Assembly: GCA_024137785.1 (NCBI GenBank)
Contig: JAHRHZ010000003.1
Span: 13,092,761-13,156,760, forward strand
Direction of reading: 5' to 3'
Source of the DNA: Ginglymostoma cirratum
Lineage: Eukaryota
DNA: 64,000 nucleotides
Numbering within the stretch: the stretch's first letter is position 1; each line of letters begins with the position of its first letter. The notes under the pieces are model-generated. The model was given only the letters and a program-made list of their open reading frames with translations, did not search any database and had not been told where the DNA came from. Position numbers and translations under genes: made by a program. Positions 37,013 through 50,779 of this stretch are shown here, piece after piece.

Positions 37013-39194
37013 ATGTTAGCTTTGCAAAGAATGCTTATGGATCCTGGAGATGGCTTAGAAAATGTTGTTAGAACAATGATCTTTTGCGCATTTCAGCCAA
37101 GAAATTCCAAAGAACTTTTAAGTCTCATGCTAATTGTAACTGTATTAATTGAACTTGTAGAGGCCTGCTTAATTGTCTGTGTGAAGCTCAAAGATACCAT
37201 AGCCTGTTTTGAAAAAGGTCACTTGTATTTTAATCAACTTTCAGTCCTGTTGCAACTTCGAACAATCGTGTCCGCAGAATCAGATTAATCGTTATATTCT
37301 GGTTGCAGCTCCATTGAAGTAGAATCCAGTCAGGTGGCGGCAAATAACACGGCCAATGTGTTTTTCGTGAGAAGCGCAGGAATCTGTTAACAGGCAGTAA
37401 TACACTGAAATGATGTAAACTGCACAGTTTATATTCATTTAATGATACCTCAACCCCAGGCAATGTTTCCTGGAAACTTACAGTAATTTCTATATATAAT
37501 GTTTAATGTACATCTGGAGGTGGAGCTTTGAGAGTTATTTATTTATTTCATGCTGGTTGTCAGGAAACAGGTAAGGTTAGGCTATAGGAAACTTCACACT
37601 TGAGTCTCTGCATCTTAGTGATACCAAAGCCTCCTCCTACCAGTGACCGATCAGGAATCATTAGGACCAGCTGTTCATCTAAAACTGAACTCCTTCAAAG
37701 TAATTTCGGTCGAGGAGGAAGGAACCAGAGCCGTTGTAACTGTTCAAGTGGATCCAGTACAAAAACATGATGCACCCATTCGGTTCAAATTCCAATGACG
37801 GTGCATCATTGTAGTGGAAAATCTGCTCGATGTGAATTTGTTTCTTTTTGTGTATGTATGTGTCATGGATGTGCTGTATGGCCAAGATCAAATATTTCAA
37901 GAATTCTAGTGAACAGGTGATCATTTGTGGTGTCATTTGGGTTGTGATGATCTGCAGTTCTGAGTCCCAACTGAACAATTGATCAGAATAAGAGTGTTGG
38001 AGTTTCCTAACTTGATGAGCTTGTATTTAAATTGTAACTATATTGCTGATTCTTTCGCAACAGCGCATGCTTTTTTCCCCCCTCTACTGCATGGCATGAT
38101 TTATGTGCCTCTTGAAGCTAAACATATTGTGCATTGAACCAATGAGGACAAAATGATAATGGTATAGAACTTCTGAGTGTTGCCTTGTCCAACTCCAGTT
38201 AAAATCTATATTCGATCACACAGACTACATTTTGCTGAAAATTGAGAAGTAACTCCCAATGAAACTCAGAAGAACTGTGGGCAGTCAGGATTAAATCTTC
38301 ATTAAAAAGATTAACAAATGGGCTTTACTTGCTGTTAGACAAGATCAATATTCTCACCAGTTTCACAAGTACTTTGCAATGTATCTGAATATAAAAGAAA
38401 GAGAAGTGTATGCATGTTCTGCCTGTTGGATGGTAGTTTGTAAACACAGTACTGATGATCGAACAGCTGAAAATTCCCAGTGGTTTCTGATAATGATTCT
38501 TATTTACATTAAATGTCAGCTACTTGATTGACACAATCTCTGAATCGATCTCGTCCGCACTTGAGTTTGCAGGACACCTGGAAAATATGGAGATGTCAGG
38601 TGCTTCCATTCTGTGAGATGCTGATCATGCAGCTTCGAAAGTGCTCTTCATTCTTGTATTGGATAATCATGAGTTATTGTACTACCCAATTGAAGGTGTT
38701 TCTATTTTGATGATTAACCAATATTTTTGTTAACGTTCAGTCAGTTGGATTATTGTCTGGATCCTATCAAACAACATGTGTCAACCAATTGATTGGCCAT
38801 ATGTGGGAGATTGAGGACTGTTAAATATTGGAGTCCACGTGGCATAACACCTCATTTGATTTGGAAACTGACTAATGCTGTGTGGCTTAGAATTGAATTT
38901 GGTGTCGAAGTAACATACAGATTATAATAGCTGGAGGTTATTAACTGTTCCAGGAAAAGCATAATTTCGGAAGAGCGATGATTCATTGATATCAGCATCT
39001 TTGCAGTTAACCAGTATCACTGATGGGATTAAAAAAAACTGTTAAAATGTCTGCAATAAAAGCCTATGGAACAGGAAAAGATATCTTGGTTTCTGGCCTC
39101 TTTCAGAGCAGTTTACTTCCCAATTTATGTCTTCAACATAAGTTGCAAAGCTCTTGAAAAAGGGTATTTTCAAATGTAGATATTGATGTTTAGG

Positions 39195-39790
39195 AAGAGA
39201 TATTAGGGCAGATGACGAAAACTTGTGGAAGAAGGAGGTTTTAAGCAGAATCCTTCAAAAGCAAAAGTAGAGCCTAGAGATTTGGGGAAGAAATTCCAGA
39301 GCTTAGGATCAAGGCAGCTAAGACATGGCCATGATTGGTGATGTTGAAAATTGGGGATTTACAAGAGGCCTGAAATGATAGAGATCTTGTAAATTGTATT
39401 GCTGGAGGAGAAGGCCGTGGAAGGATTTGAAGACATGCATATGAATTTTTTAAATTGCCATATTGTCGATTAGTGAGCACAGGAATATGGAAGTAGGAGA
39501 TTCTGTATAATTGAGAACACGGACGTTACGGCTTTGAATGATCTCCAGTTTGCTGAGAGTATAATGAGTGAAATCGACCAAATGAGTGAAATCGAATACA
39601 CGTTTGCAGTAGTCAAATCTAGTGACAGGCGTAGATGAGAATTTCAGTCACAATCAAGCTGAGATCGAGCGATGTTACAGAGATGGAAATAGTCGGATTT
39701 AATGATAGTTATGATACATGATAGTTGGAGCCTCATCTTGGGGGTCACCTATAAGACCAAGATTATGAAGTCTGGTTGAGCTACAGACTG
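39195..39790 (-). mobile_element. L2 LINE 3' fragment
   Basis: ggaggttttaagcagaatcctt...aattccagagcttaggatcaaggcagct...aatttttaaatt is the antisense of the L2 segment at 30030-30300. Confidence 0.75.
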
Positions 39791-40797
39791 TTGAACAAAC
39801 CCGAACCGTGTGGTTTGCCGTCAAGGAGTGAAGAATATCTCTTGTATAAAAATTGTCATCAGAAGTTGTCTTTCTGTTGAGCTGTACTTTTAAGTTCTGT
39901 AAGTCCTTACGGGTGTCTCAAGAATTTTGAAAGAATCCAGCTTCTCTGACGTACAATGGAGGGGAATGAACTTTAAATACAGCCCCAAGGGCTCAGCACT
40001 CCATTTCTTAATATGATTAATTATTGCCATCTTTTAAGCTGCAAAGGCAGAAACTTATTGTCTTTGTCATTCCTGTGTGTTCATCATTAGGAGGATGATA
40101 GTTTCGGACAAAGTGGATCGCATTTTTTTTGTGCTAATTTGACAGAGTAGAGGCTAACTCTGTCCCTGTAGGGAGGAAAGGGAAATCAGCGGCAAGTCAT
40201 TCCTGGTTGTTTTCCAAAAATCCCAAATCAGTGGATTAAGGTTGATAATAAATGACAGCTCAGGCGTGTTGCTTTTCTGATCACTTCCAGCTGGATAACT
40301 GTGTGTTAAATTTCAACTAACGTATTTTGTGATTTATGATTACAGTTTTCTTTAACAGTTTATTCCCCGTCCTCTCTGTAAGGCTGCAATTCCCTGTAGA
40401 TCTCGGGTATTGGACTGCATTTGATTTTTTGACAGGGCAGGACATGACATTTGATTCTGCTCTTGCCCAACAGAGAGATCATGACGAGGGTTAGGAACCT
40501 TACAGTTATTCAGTTCACAGACTCCCAACTTGTTGCTGCTTTGCTGAGATAAGCAACTTAGGGGTTCAACTTGAGAATTCTGTTCAAAACCTTCTGATTT
40601 TTGATCTTTAGTAGCTATGTCAACGTTCTTACAACCCATGGATCATGCTGGGATGTGAGTGACTCAGCAAAGCTGCTACCTTGGTGAATTGTTCTTCTAT
40701 CCCGTGTTTTAGTTGTAACAGCCAGCTTTCCAGTTGGATGCAATTTGGCTACAGAAATTCCAGCTTGGTTCATTCCTACTTTATGGCGCATAGGATA

Positions 40798-41028
40798 TGA
40801 ACTAAATCCACGAAGGCCAGTATCTCGTCACCAGTCACCCTTTATTTACACGTACATAGTACATGATACTGACTCAGCTGGCATAGGCTGGCCCTTGGAG
40901 TGAATAGAATCCCTGACACTCCTATTTATATCTCAGCCAGGGCTCCCTGATTGGACCAAATTAACAACCCCAATCAGGGAACTCAGCTTCTGTGAGGTTA
41001 CCTGACCGACATCGTTCCAATCACTACA
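40798..41028 (-). mobile_element. Solo LTR (231 bp, Gypsy-like)
   Basis: Minus strand TGTAGTG...TAGTTCA (TG...CA), with CCAAT boxes, TATAAAT and AATAAA in the expected order; flanks GGATA/GGATG (5-bp TSD, 1 mismatch). Confidence 0.8.
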
Positions 41029-41514
41029 GGATGCCTCTGCACCGTTCAACCGATTGCTGCATTTGGACAGTCTCCATATCCTACTGAAACTCGAGCCAAA
41101 ACTCTCGCCAAAAATACTCATGTGCCCTTCATCAATTTCACACACCAACGTCTCTAATCTCTTAAAACTTTGATCTGTTCCTTTGTCAAGTCTAAGATCT
41201 GTGTTTTTTTTTAAAAAGAATCGCACCTTACTAGCTTTTAAGCTCTACCTTGTTAACCCCTAAAGTATGACAAAGTTTTTAGCCTCTATTTCTCACGAAA
41301 AGAGCGTATATCACTAATTTTCTGGTGTTGCTGCTTTTCTTAACTCAGTACGCTTCTGTCAGCATCCATATTGCTAATATTTAAAACCTTGCACAGTTTT
41401 GTCACATCCTGTACCTGAACAATGCTCTTGCTCTCTCTCCCAGCACACACCTTCCACTGAATTGGATCTGTCACGGATATGAACGTGGTAAAACTTCTGC
41501 TAAAGTGTCACATG

Positions 41515-42033
41515 GAGTCATAGAATCATACAGCATGGAAAAAGACTCTTTGGTCCAACTCGTCCGTGCCGACCAAATGTCCCAATCTGACATAGTTCCC
41601 ATTTGCCTGCACTTGGCCTGTATCCTTCTCAACCCTTCGTATTGATATACCCATCCAGATGTCTTTTAAATGTTGTAATTGTACCAGCCTCCACCACTTC
41701 CTCTGGCAGCTAGTTCTACACACGTACCGCCCTCTGTGAAAAAGTTACCTCTCCTGTCCTTTGTAAATCTTTCCCCCTCACCTTAAACCTATGCCCTCTA
41801 GTTTTGGACTCCATCAAAGACCTTGGCTATTCACTCTATCCATGCCCTTCATGATTGTATAAACCTCTGTAAGGTCACCCCTCAGCCTCCGATGCTCCAG
41901 AGAAAGTAGCCCCAGCCTATTTAGTCTCTCCCACCAACTCAAACCCTCCAAGCCCAGGACATCCTTGTTAATCTTTTCTACACTCTCTCAAGTTTAGCAA
42001 CATCTACACTAGAATGGAGACCAGAATTGTACT
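41515..42033 (-). mobile_element. CR1 (HER1-type) 3' end, relatively young
   Basis: gagtcatagaatcatacagcatggaaa tail; reverse complement of about 16800-17320. Confidence 0.92.
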
Positions 42034-42244
42034 CTTAAGATCCCAGTCATTCCTGTTAATGAAGATCAGATGCCATCTCTTCTCTGTTTGTCATTTTTGA
42101 TCAAATGCATATAAAGGTGACAGTTGCCCAATTGTTCTAGAAAGTCAGATCAAGGCAAAAACCAAACACGTGGCAGCACACAATCTGGCCCAAACTCCAG
42201 TGCTAGTCTTTGTGCTGTGTTTGGCGATTGTAGACGGAAGTCTT

Positions 42245-42560
42245 CTGGGACAGGTGAGTGAAGTCCCTGCTCTGAGCCAGAAACTCTGAGGCTTAAGTTG
42301 TAGCCCAGGGCTTCCCAGCCCAGACTGAGAAGATGTGTTCGTACCATAGTCAAGCGAATTGACTAATAACCTGCAAATCCTTTCAACACACATCAATGAG
42401 AGATGGCAGGATGAGCAATCTATAGAAGGCAAACGCAACCCACTGCAGTATCTTGCCCCAAGCGTGGCCATGAAGTCTGTGCTGACTGATGTGCTCTCAG
42501 GGCATGATGCCTAAAGAAAGACTTGAGAGTGAGTGGGCCTACTGAATTGGCATTCAGCTC
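42245..42560 (+). mobile_element. tRNA-derived SINE with Meta/RTE-5'-like box
   Basis: Head resembles the 16001 family; gaaggcaaacgcaacccactgcagtatcttgcc resembles the MetaSINE/RTE box GAAGGCAATGGCAA(A/C)CCACTCCAGTATTCTTGCC. Confidence 0.45.
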
Positions 42561-42748
42561 CCTGTCCAGTTCAGCAGCAACTGAAGATTGAGTCCAGCAT
42601 TTTCTTGAATAGCAGTCTGAATCACTCCCTGTTTTTGAAGCAGGCGCACGTATGTATATTTCACAACCTTCAATTTATATAGTGCTGTTTTTAGATATGT
42701 GTAATCTACCCAACAAGTCGGAGAGCCCTATGCACCTGCTTCTCACGG

Positions 42749-43411
42749 AGGATTGTCAACTCTTCAGGACTGACTTGGAGTCTTGAGGAATTTTAAATTT
42801 CATCCCGTTACTCAGTTGTAAAAAAACTTGGGAGAAAAAGAGTGGCTGCATCAAATAAGTTGTACTGTTGTAATGCTCTTGGATTGTGTCTGTTCTTCAT
42901 TTGAAAAATATTCAGCATGAAAAAGAAGGTGCTTGACAGTTACAAAATCATTTAGTTGTGTCGTGCAAAGTCAATTTTGAATTGTCAGGTTCAAATCCCG
43001 CCATGGCAGATGGTAGAATTTGAATTCAATAAAATATCTGGAACTAAGAATCTAATGATAACTGTGAACCCATTGTTGATTGTCAGAAAAACCCATCTGA
43101 TTCACTAATGTCCTTTTAGGGAAGGAAACTGTCATCCTTACCTGGTCTGGCCTACATGTGACCCCAGACCCACAGCAGTGTGGTTGACTCTTAACTGCCC
43201 TCTGGGCAATTAAAGGTGGCCAGTAAATGCTGCCTAGCCAGCGACACCCTCATCCTGAGAATGAATAAAGACAATTTGCTGTCTAACTGGGATGGTGTTG
43301 CTGTGAATGTTAACTTGTTGGATGACCAAAGGCACCACTGTGCTGGGGGTTGCTGGAGATGGTAAAGTTATGAAACCTCTAGGAGTACATACAACCGTAG
43401 TTTCCAACCCT
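42749..43411. mobile_element. Old non-autonomous DNA transposon (MITE) hosting the SINE at 42986
   Basis: Imperfect TIRs aggattgtcaac (42749-42760) and gtttccaaccct (43400-43411), 9/12 complementary, consistent with an AGGGTTGCCAAC-type TIR. Confidence 0.45.
42986..43269 (+). mobile_element. Bipartite SINE (LINE 5' UTR fused to LINE 3' tail), 5'-truncated
   Basis: 42986-43203 aligns with about 53611-53834; 43204-43269 matches the LINE 3' terminus; ends atgaataaa. Confidence 0.85.
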
Positions 43412-44449
43412 GGAAGTCTTGTGGGGGCAGTGGGTGTTGTCCCTACTCTGGATCAGAAGCTCCAGGTACAAGTCCCACCCCGTGACTCAACAGTCATGAG
43501 AGAGATATCGTAATCTGACCAAAGAGTATCAATCTGTAAAATCCTTCCGATAGTCCAATGACAGTTTCCTGTTCAGCCAGCACTGTGGGGTAGCTGGAGT
43601 GCAACAGCCTACCCCATGTCAATTGACTCCACTTGCAGTCCTCACAATGAGCCATACTGTTGTTCTGATAAACTACCAGAGAGAGGAGGCGACCCTCTGC
43701 TAACATTTGGCAACAGTCATGTACATCTAAATCCAGACACCGTTTCCGTCGAGCCACGGGGGCTAAGATCACATTAGGCACTGACTAGATATCATCACTG
43801 CCGGGTTCTCTGCTGAGCTCTTGCGGGGGTGACGATTTCTCAGGTCATCCTGTTGAACACCGAAGATGTTGCGTGGACCACGGTTCCCTTGAAGCATTTG
43901 AGGCAACGTATACAACATTGAGTCGTGGCCTGTAGGCTACTTGAAACGAAACGTCTGGGACAATCTGAAGTGACCGCTGTTTTAATATTTCACTTTTTGG
44001 TGTGGATGATTGTGGAACATAAGCATGCAAATCCAACACAATTTTATGAACTGCCAGATTTTCAACTTCATGAAATTTTGTGATACATGATGATTGATTT
44101 CCTGCCTACTTCTCAAAGGTATTTCCATTTCTTTAGATCCCCCATTTATTAACTGAGAGAGTCGTGACACAACAAACTATTGGATGAATATGGCAAACCT
44201 CTGCTGTGTTTGAGATGCTCAGAATATTGGATGCAAGTTGTTGTTTCCAGGAACAATGTTAGCATTCATTCTGTCCTACTACCTTGCAGCATGACTACTG
44301 AGGTTGTACATGTCTATATTTGCTGGGGAGAATTCGCACTTTTTTATCCTTTTGAATAATATGTAGAAAATTTCTGTTTAAGAAAAGGTATTGTACTTAG
44401 ATAGTAAACTGCTCCTAATTTTTCTCCGTTTCATTTTTGTAAACAAAAT

Positions 44450-44720
44450 TCAGCAATGTGTTGAGGTCTCACAAAGATAATGGGATAAATACCCAGCTGA
44501 GCTGTTTATTCCCTGTGTGAGTCAGGTATGAACGTTGACTCAGGTACTGAGTCAAGCCAGTCATCTTATTGGTACTGTAAGGACCTTGAATGTGTTTTGT
44601 GTTTCAAAGTGCAGCACTCCTTCATTCATGAACTTGTCTCCCCAAGTCCTGGTGTGGCATAGGCTCATGATTGGAACAGCAAAAGTCATGAGAGCACACT
44701 GTTGATATTGGCCAACTCAT
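44450..44720 (-). mobile_element. Old Deu-domain SINE
   Basis: gaggtctcacaaagataatgggataaatacccag...agtgcagcactccttca...caagtcctggtgtgg. Confidence 0.5.
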
Positions 44721-46739
44721 GACAATATGGTTTAAAAAAAAGTATTAATTGTGTTAAGTATTAATTGATATTGTTTATTAGTTAGAATATTTTGGAGCGA
44801 ATATTGATTGAGAGGTGATGGTGGCAGTGTGGAGCCATGGATGTGACAACAAAATGGACACTCCGGATCTGGCCTGAGGGTTGGACTAATCAATATTGTG
44901 CATGTATTACTGTTTAGTGTAATCATATTATAACCCTTGAAACTGTTGTGTGTCAGGCCACAAGAGTTAGAAATTAAAATCTAGGAGTAATATGGCAGAC
45001 AGTGGTCAGAAGCTTCAAAGAAGATTCATTGGACTTGAAACCTTAACTTTTTGTTTCTGTGTTCGCAGAGGTTCTCCATCGTTCGCTGTTTCTATTACTC
45101 ATCAGTCTGCATCCACAGTGATAGGAGAAGCTATGCTTTTGCAACATTTCACCAATGTATATCGTTTTAAGTTTTAGAATTTTGGTGTTTACCTGCTGGA
45201 CAAACACAAAGATTATTTGTGACTGATTTGAAGATTGGTGAGCCAGTTTGTTGTATTTGAAAAAGTGATCTTTTTTGATATAAGGCTTCACTTCTTGCAG
45301 CCAACGCCCATGTTTCCTGATGCCTCATTCTCGCACTTTGAACCAGTTAGTTATCGTTGATACAGTCATGATAGTTGGAACATTGTGGAATTGGAGTATC
45401 TGATTCACTGATATTTGGGCTGCAAGCCAGTTAAGGCATTGACAGGCTGACAGTATTAACCTGTATGTTATATGCCATTTTTCATCAGATTCTCATTTCA
45501 TGTTGGTCAGCGCTGTCTCAAGCTTTCAGTCAAGTAAAAGTTGGAATTTTCATCTCGCATACTTGAGACATGCTGTCAGCTTGAGGTTGAACTGTGACAT
45601 TCAAGGGAATGTGAAGAAACAGACAAACTGTTTTGACTCCTGAGAGGCCATCGAGCAGCTACCATACAATGGATTGCTGCTCTTGTGTGTTGTTCAATCA
45701 ACTGAGCAAAACTTTCAGGAAACAAATGCAGATGAATAGATACACCCTTCTGCTTTTGGAGTTCAGATTAAGGTCACGGGTGTGACTGACGCCAGGCAAG
45801 CTTGTTTTGCTCTGAAAATTCCCAGAGGCACTGTTGACTCAGACAAGTTTTTTTTAATAAGTTGCTCTACCCAAGGCAATAAAATCATGTCCTCAAATTT
45901 AAAGGAATAAATGCACTTGATGTTCTCTCACCAGTCCTCTGAATAGTCTCCCGCCCTTATTTGCCACTGCAGTGCTCTCAGGGACACATTTGTTGACACA
46001 CACAGTGTCAACCACCACTCCTATATCATATATCCCACCCTGCTTCTTGGAAACGTATAACCATTCTCCTCACTGCACTCAGTGTTATCACAGATAATGA
46101 TTGTGACCACTGATCCAAAATCTCACTGTGGGTTAGTATTAAAGCAGTTATTCTTATCCTGTGATCTTGAATGCTGTGTTATGAAATTCACCCCAGTGTC
46201 TTCCAGTTACCGCCAGCCAGTATTTTTATTCTCATTTGTACATCACTTATTGGTGTTTGTACTATTCTTAGCGGTTCCTTAGTTGACCTTCATTGTCATC
46301 TCCTTGTTTTGACCTCGAAACTGCATAATGCCCAGTTCTCCTCCTTCAAATATCTAGCCTGCAGACCATGGGATTCTCTTTCAGTCCTTTGGGTTCAGGG
46401 TATTTCTCCAGTGAATATCAAGTTCCCATTCCCAATGCTGTCAGGTTGTCGGAAATCTACATCTAATGATGTGGCTGTTTCCTTCCCCTACATCGTTGAC
46501 TTGCCAAAGAACTCATTCTTGCTTCTGGTATTGATGGATATGAACATCACCCTAAAACCTGACATACTGGTACCCCTTCAGGTGTTCTCGGGGTCATCTT
46601 GCCCATAATTGACATGCCACAGCTACTTATAATCGTTGTGAAGGATTAAAGGAGGACTGGCCAGAAGGGCTTTTATGAGCGTCGAAATTTCAAAGATGGT
46701 AGAGTCCCCACCCAGAGGCAAGATTTAAGGATTTGCAAC

Positions 46740-47735
46740 CAGAAGTACCAAGTGAATTATACATCTTCACCTCTTCCTGAGGCTGCCGTCATCATAGTAG
46801 CCGGTTTTAAACCAATATAATTCACTCCATATGATCAAAACAAGCAGATGTTTGCAGTAGATACAGTGAAGCTGATGGAATCCAACGGTGTCCCAGTCCT
46901 GTGCCGAAGTCTTAGCCTTGAGAACTAACTGTGCCTCACAGTTGAGCTAGAACACTAAGTAGACAATTGTGAACTAATGTTCTGGCCGCAAAAAAAGCAG
47001 ACCAAAAGTTGCCCTATCAGTTTCACCTCCAGTTGGCAGCAAAGTGATGGAACCTGTTCAGTTTGGGTTTCTCTTGGATTGCTCAGATTCAGACCTCACT
47101 TGAGTCTTCATCTGAATCCAGACCAAGTTAACTTAGACAGCTGAGGTGATATCGAGGCAGAATTTTGACTCATTGTGAGCTCTCCACTCGTTGGAGTGAT
47201 GCGAGCACAGATAAAGATGGCTGTGGCCAGAAGGCAATCACCTCAGTCCTAAGAGCTGTGGAATTTCCAAGGAGCAATATCCTTAGCTCATCCATCTTGA
47301 GCTGTTTATCACGACCTCGTTTCAACTTGAGGTCAGAGTTGAGGTGCTGATATTTTCTGTCAACATTTGGTTGAATGCTTTAATGAGTTCTGGGGCTGAG
47401 TGATGCCACAGGTACTCAAATGGAGTGTTCGTGAAAAATGTTAGACATCTTGAAGAGGGAAAGCACTGTCAGTTGCAATTCTACTGCTTCTTGCTGAGTA
47501 GATTGATAGTAGCACTATGTTTGTCTGCTTTGTGGGGATGGAACTTCTCTACAAGATGGACCGCAGCAAGTCTTCACAAATCCTCCGAAGCCTGTTAGAG
47601 TACTCTCGTTGAGAAAGGGTTGCGGTTGTATGGATGGTATTGCCGTCCAAGTGCTCCACTGTTCTGACTTGGAAGAAAATTGCTATTTCTCTATTGTGAC
47701 CAAACTGCCGACCAAAGGCATTGCCAGTGACTTCC
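46740..47735 (+). mobile_element. tRNA-headed CR1-group LINE, decayed RT/3' region with deletions
   Basis: accaatataattcactccatatgat, cagtttgggtttc (QFGF), tccatcttgagctgtttatcacgacct; homologous to 21480-23015. Confidence 0.7.
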
Positions 47736-50700
47736 ACATTGTCATTAACATAGAAAATGTGTAGTTTTTTGGTTGTTCACCGGAGGTTACATATTCACCC
47801 CCCACCCTTTTGCAGTGTTCAAAAGTGAAATTTCACATTCAACGTGAAACAGATTTTCCCCTTGGACAATCTATGCATGACAAATACACTTCAGGATAAC
47901 TGTTTAAGTTGAGTAGTTCAGCATGACTAGTTAAAACAAAAGCACCTTAAGTATAAAATAAAAATTATTAATTTGGTTACTACACCAGCGAGTTTAGGCT
48001 GTGTGCTCCAAACTGATCCATAATACATGTTGTTATCAGTTATCGGTGTATGGAGTGTGCTTATGCCAGTGAATTGAGCAAAACCTCTGGCTTTGGTAAT
48101 GTGTGCTGCTTCTTGGCTGGATTTGCTGTCAGACAGGTTCAAGCTTTTGGCTTCTGGGTCACAGCAAGGGTTAATCGTGCTCTTCAGCGCAGACGCATGT
48201 AATATTTCCAATGTCACTGTAGTTTTTGTAGGCTGGAACTTCGAAAACATTGAGCTGTAATCACAGCAGTCACTTTTTAAATCCTCTGATCCATCCTGTC
48301 AATGTTCCAGTGGGGTTTGCCTGGAAGAGGGAGTTGTACAGGGTACTATTTAACCTATGCTCGCCAGAGTGCTCAATGCTGCTCTGTCAGTCATTTGAAA
48401 GGAGGGTACATTACTGGGTGGCCTGGAACTGTGAGCACTGTTGTTTTTTGAGCGAAAGAAAGGTAATGAATCCGCCTCTGAGCTGGGCTGTTACTTGCAA
48501 GTGATTATTAGACGAGCACAGCTTTGCTCCTTCCATAACCCATCAGGTGCTTTGAATTGGGTTGTAACTTGCATTTAGGTGGCACCATATCATGCGGTTG
48601 CTTGATTTTGCATAAGTTTTGACAGCAGACTGGCGGTGTTTACCACCACCATGCACCTCAGCAACCTCTGGATTTTAATGCAAGGACACAGGAGTGAAAG
48701 TGACTATTCTGAAATTGTTGGCTGTTTCTTGCCCCTTCTCCACACTGTGTTCTCACATCGGCAACCTTTAGAGTTAGCGGTCACTTAAAATGAATCGATC
48801 TGCTCGTAGCATTAGACTTTTCGGTCTCTGTTGCAAACCCCATATCTCGGTTTTGAAATCGCTCTGAGTAAAAATTGCCATTGGACAACTAGCACTGGGA
48901 AACGAGTTTATACTTGTGGAATGTATAGAACATCCGCCTGAGGTGCGGAATTAAGTCTTTGGCCCCTTGATCATGTCCTGGCGTTTGGTAAGATGAAATC
49001 AGCTGATCTGAGGTGGAAGAAACGTTTGTCTGCTGTTACAGTGGCATCCTCAGTGGATGAGGAACACCGCACAAGCTTGAGAGCACTGTGACTTAAAGCT
49101 GCTGAACGTTTTGAGTATTGGACAGTGCTTGTGCCTGAGTGACCGATACGAACTGTTTTCATCGAATGTATTGGCTAATGCTCCTTGATGTAACCAGCAC
49201 AGCAACATTTATTTGATGGTGGCCTCTACACTCGGTAGTCGCCACTTGCTGTTCCCACGCAACGTTGTGAGCAGCAGTCACTCTGTTTCTTCCATGATCC
49301 ACTGAAGCGCATTCCGATGTTCTGTCCTTGTTAGCATTGATCAGGTTGGAGTAAAATGTCTGCCACATGGCATGATCGCTACCTTCAGACAAGCAGAAAT
49401 GAGTATTGAGGAAGGAGTAGGTTGCTTTGCTGGTTCCTGAGCTGAGTATAGTATGTTCCAGTAGAGTTTATTTGGAAAAATACAGAGGATGAACTGCAAT
49501 TTTGTGTGCATTTTTCTGTTAAAAAGAAGTGTTTAGGGTCACAACACTTAAGTATGTGCCAATAGTTTCTGTTTAACGTTTACAAGGTGCATGTTGTACT
49601 GCAGATTGACATGTTCTGGAATTCTAGGGTATAATTATTTTTGCAAAAACATGTTAATATTTCAGAGCCCAACATATAGATGTAATGGATTTTATCGCAG
49701 CCACTTGTAAAGCTGCGCATGCTCTCTGGGATTTTGGATTATTAATGTTAAGAAATCTTAAGATGACGTTTAATTTAATATCCATACAGACTGCCCATAA
49801 GTGTCATTTGACAAGTAATAATAACTTTGTTTGGCAGGTTATTTGGCAGTATTCTTTTTCCAGATGCAGAAAAGTAGACTTGGTTCAAGTGTTTATCCCA
49901 TGGTACTTTTCTGATTTTGTCTGTGCAGTCTAGTGAGATGGAACATCTGCTCCCTGAAATGAAAATTATGGAGTGCAGGCCACCCCAGACTGCACCTGTG
50001 TATGTCCCAGGGGCTTGAAATGGTGCAGCATTTACTGGCCTGCCTGCCTCGGGCAGAAATTGGTGCAATTGAAGGAAAGTGAACCTGAAGGGGAGAGAAA
50101 AGTGAGCTTTTAACAAAATGAAGTTAAACAGATTTGCACTCCAATGGACAAGGGATCCTATTTTAAAAGAAATTCAGCTCATGAGAGACTAATTGCCAGA
50201 CTGTTCTTCGTTTGTTGCCTGACAAAGCAATAATGTAAATTTGTTAGAATACATCAGCACCAGCTGTTTCTTTGGAGATATACCAGTGAAGAACTCCAGG
50301 AAGAATGGTTGTACCGGATTATGTGAAGAAGACATCATTTATACACTTCTAATTTTTGTACTGCATTTTAGTTTTGATCTGTCGAAGGAATATACTGGGT
50401 CCAGATATACTTTGTGAAACAGTTACAAAGAGGAATAATTTAGCTGAGGTTACCTCTGAGTATTTTAGAACAGAGAACTTGCTGAGATGCTTTTGAGAAC
50501 ATGTGTACAATTTTTTGTTTAATGTGTGCATATTTTTTAATTTGGTTATCTTTGTTTCCTCGGTGAGCTGCCAGATTTGGCGTTGCTCATTGGCTTGCTA
50601 ATTTTATTCAGGAAAATAAATTAATTCCATCCTAAATTCACATTCTCCAGATATTCCACCAATTCTTAAACTTGAAGCTTTTCTGGTAATGAGCAAATTT

Positions 50701-50779
50701 CAACAGAACCACAGAAATTGGATTGAAAATTTACAGCCATAATTTGCTGATGAGATACTCTTTCTTATTCTGTCCTGTC

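Noticed and set aside
37326-37342. CTCF-like CAGGTGGCGGC
   Set aside because: The 5' half of the CTCF consensus is mismatched; insufficient evidence.
37942-37978. C/D box snoRNA-like pattern (GTGATGA...CTGA with ttgt/acaa ends)
   Set aside because: Only about 37 nt, too short for a snoRNA, with no identifiable guide.
39563-39595. Tandem aatgagtgaaatcga x2 (and ttcttctacaaaa x2 at about 13289-13315) as CRISPR-like repeats
   Set aside because: Two-copy slippage duplications inside decayed LINEs; no spacers; eukaryotic context.
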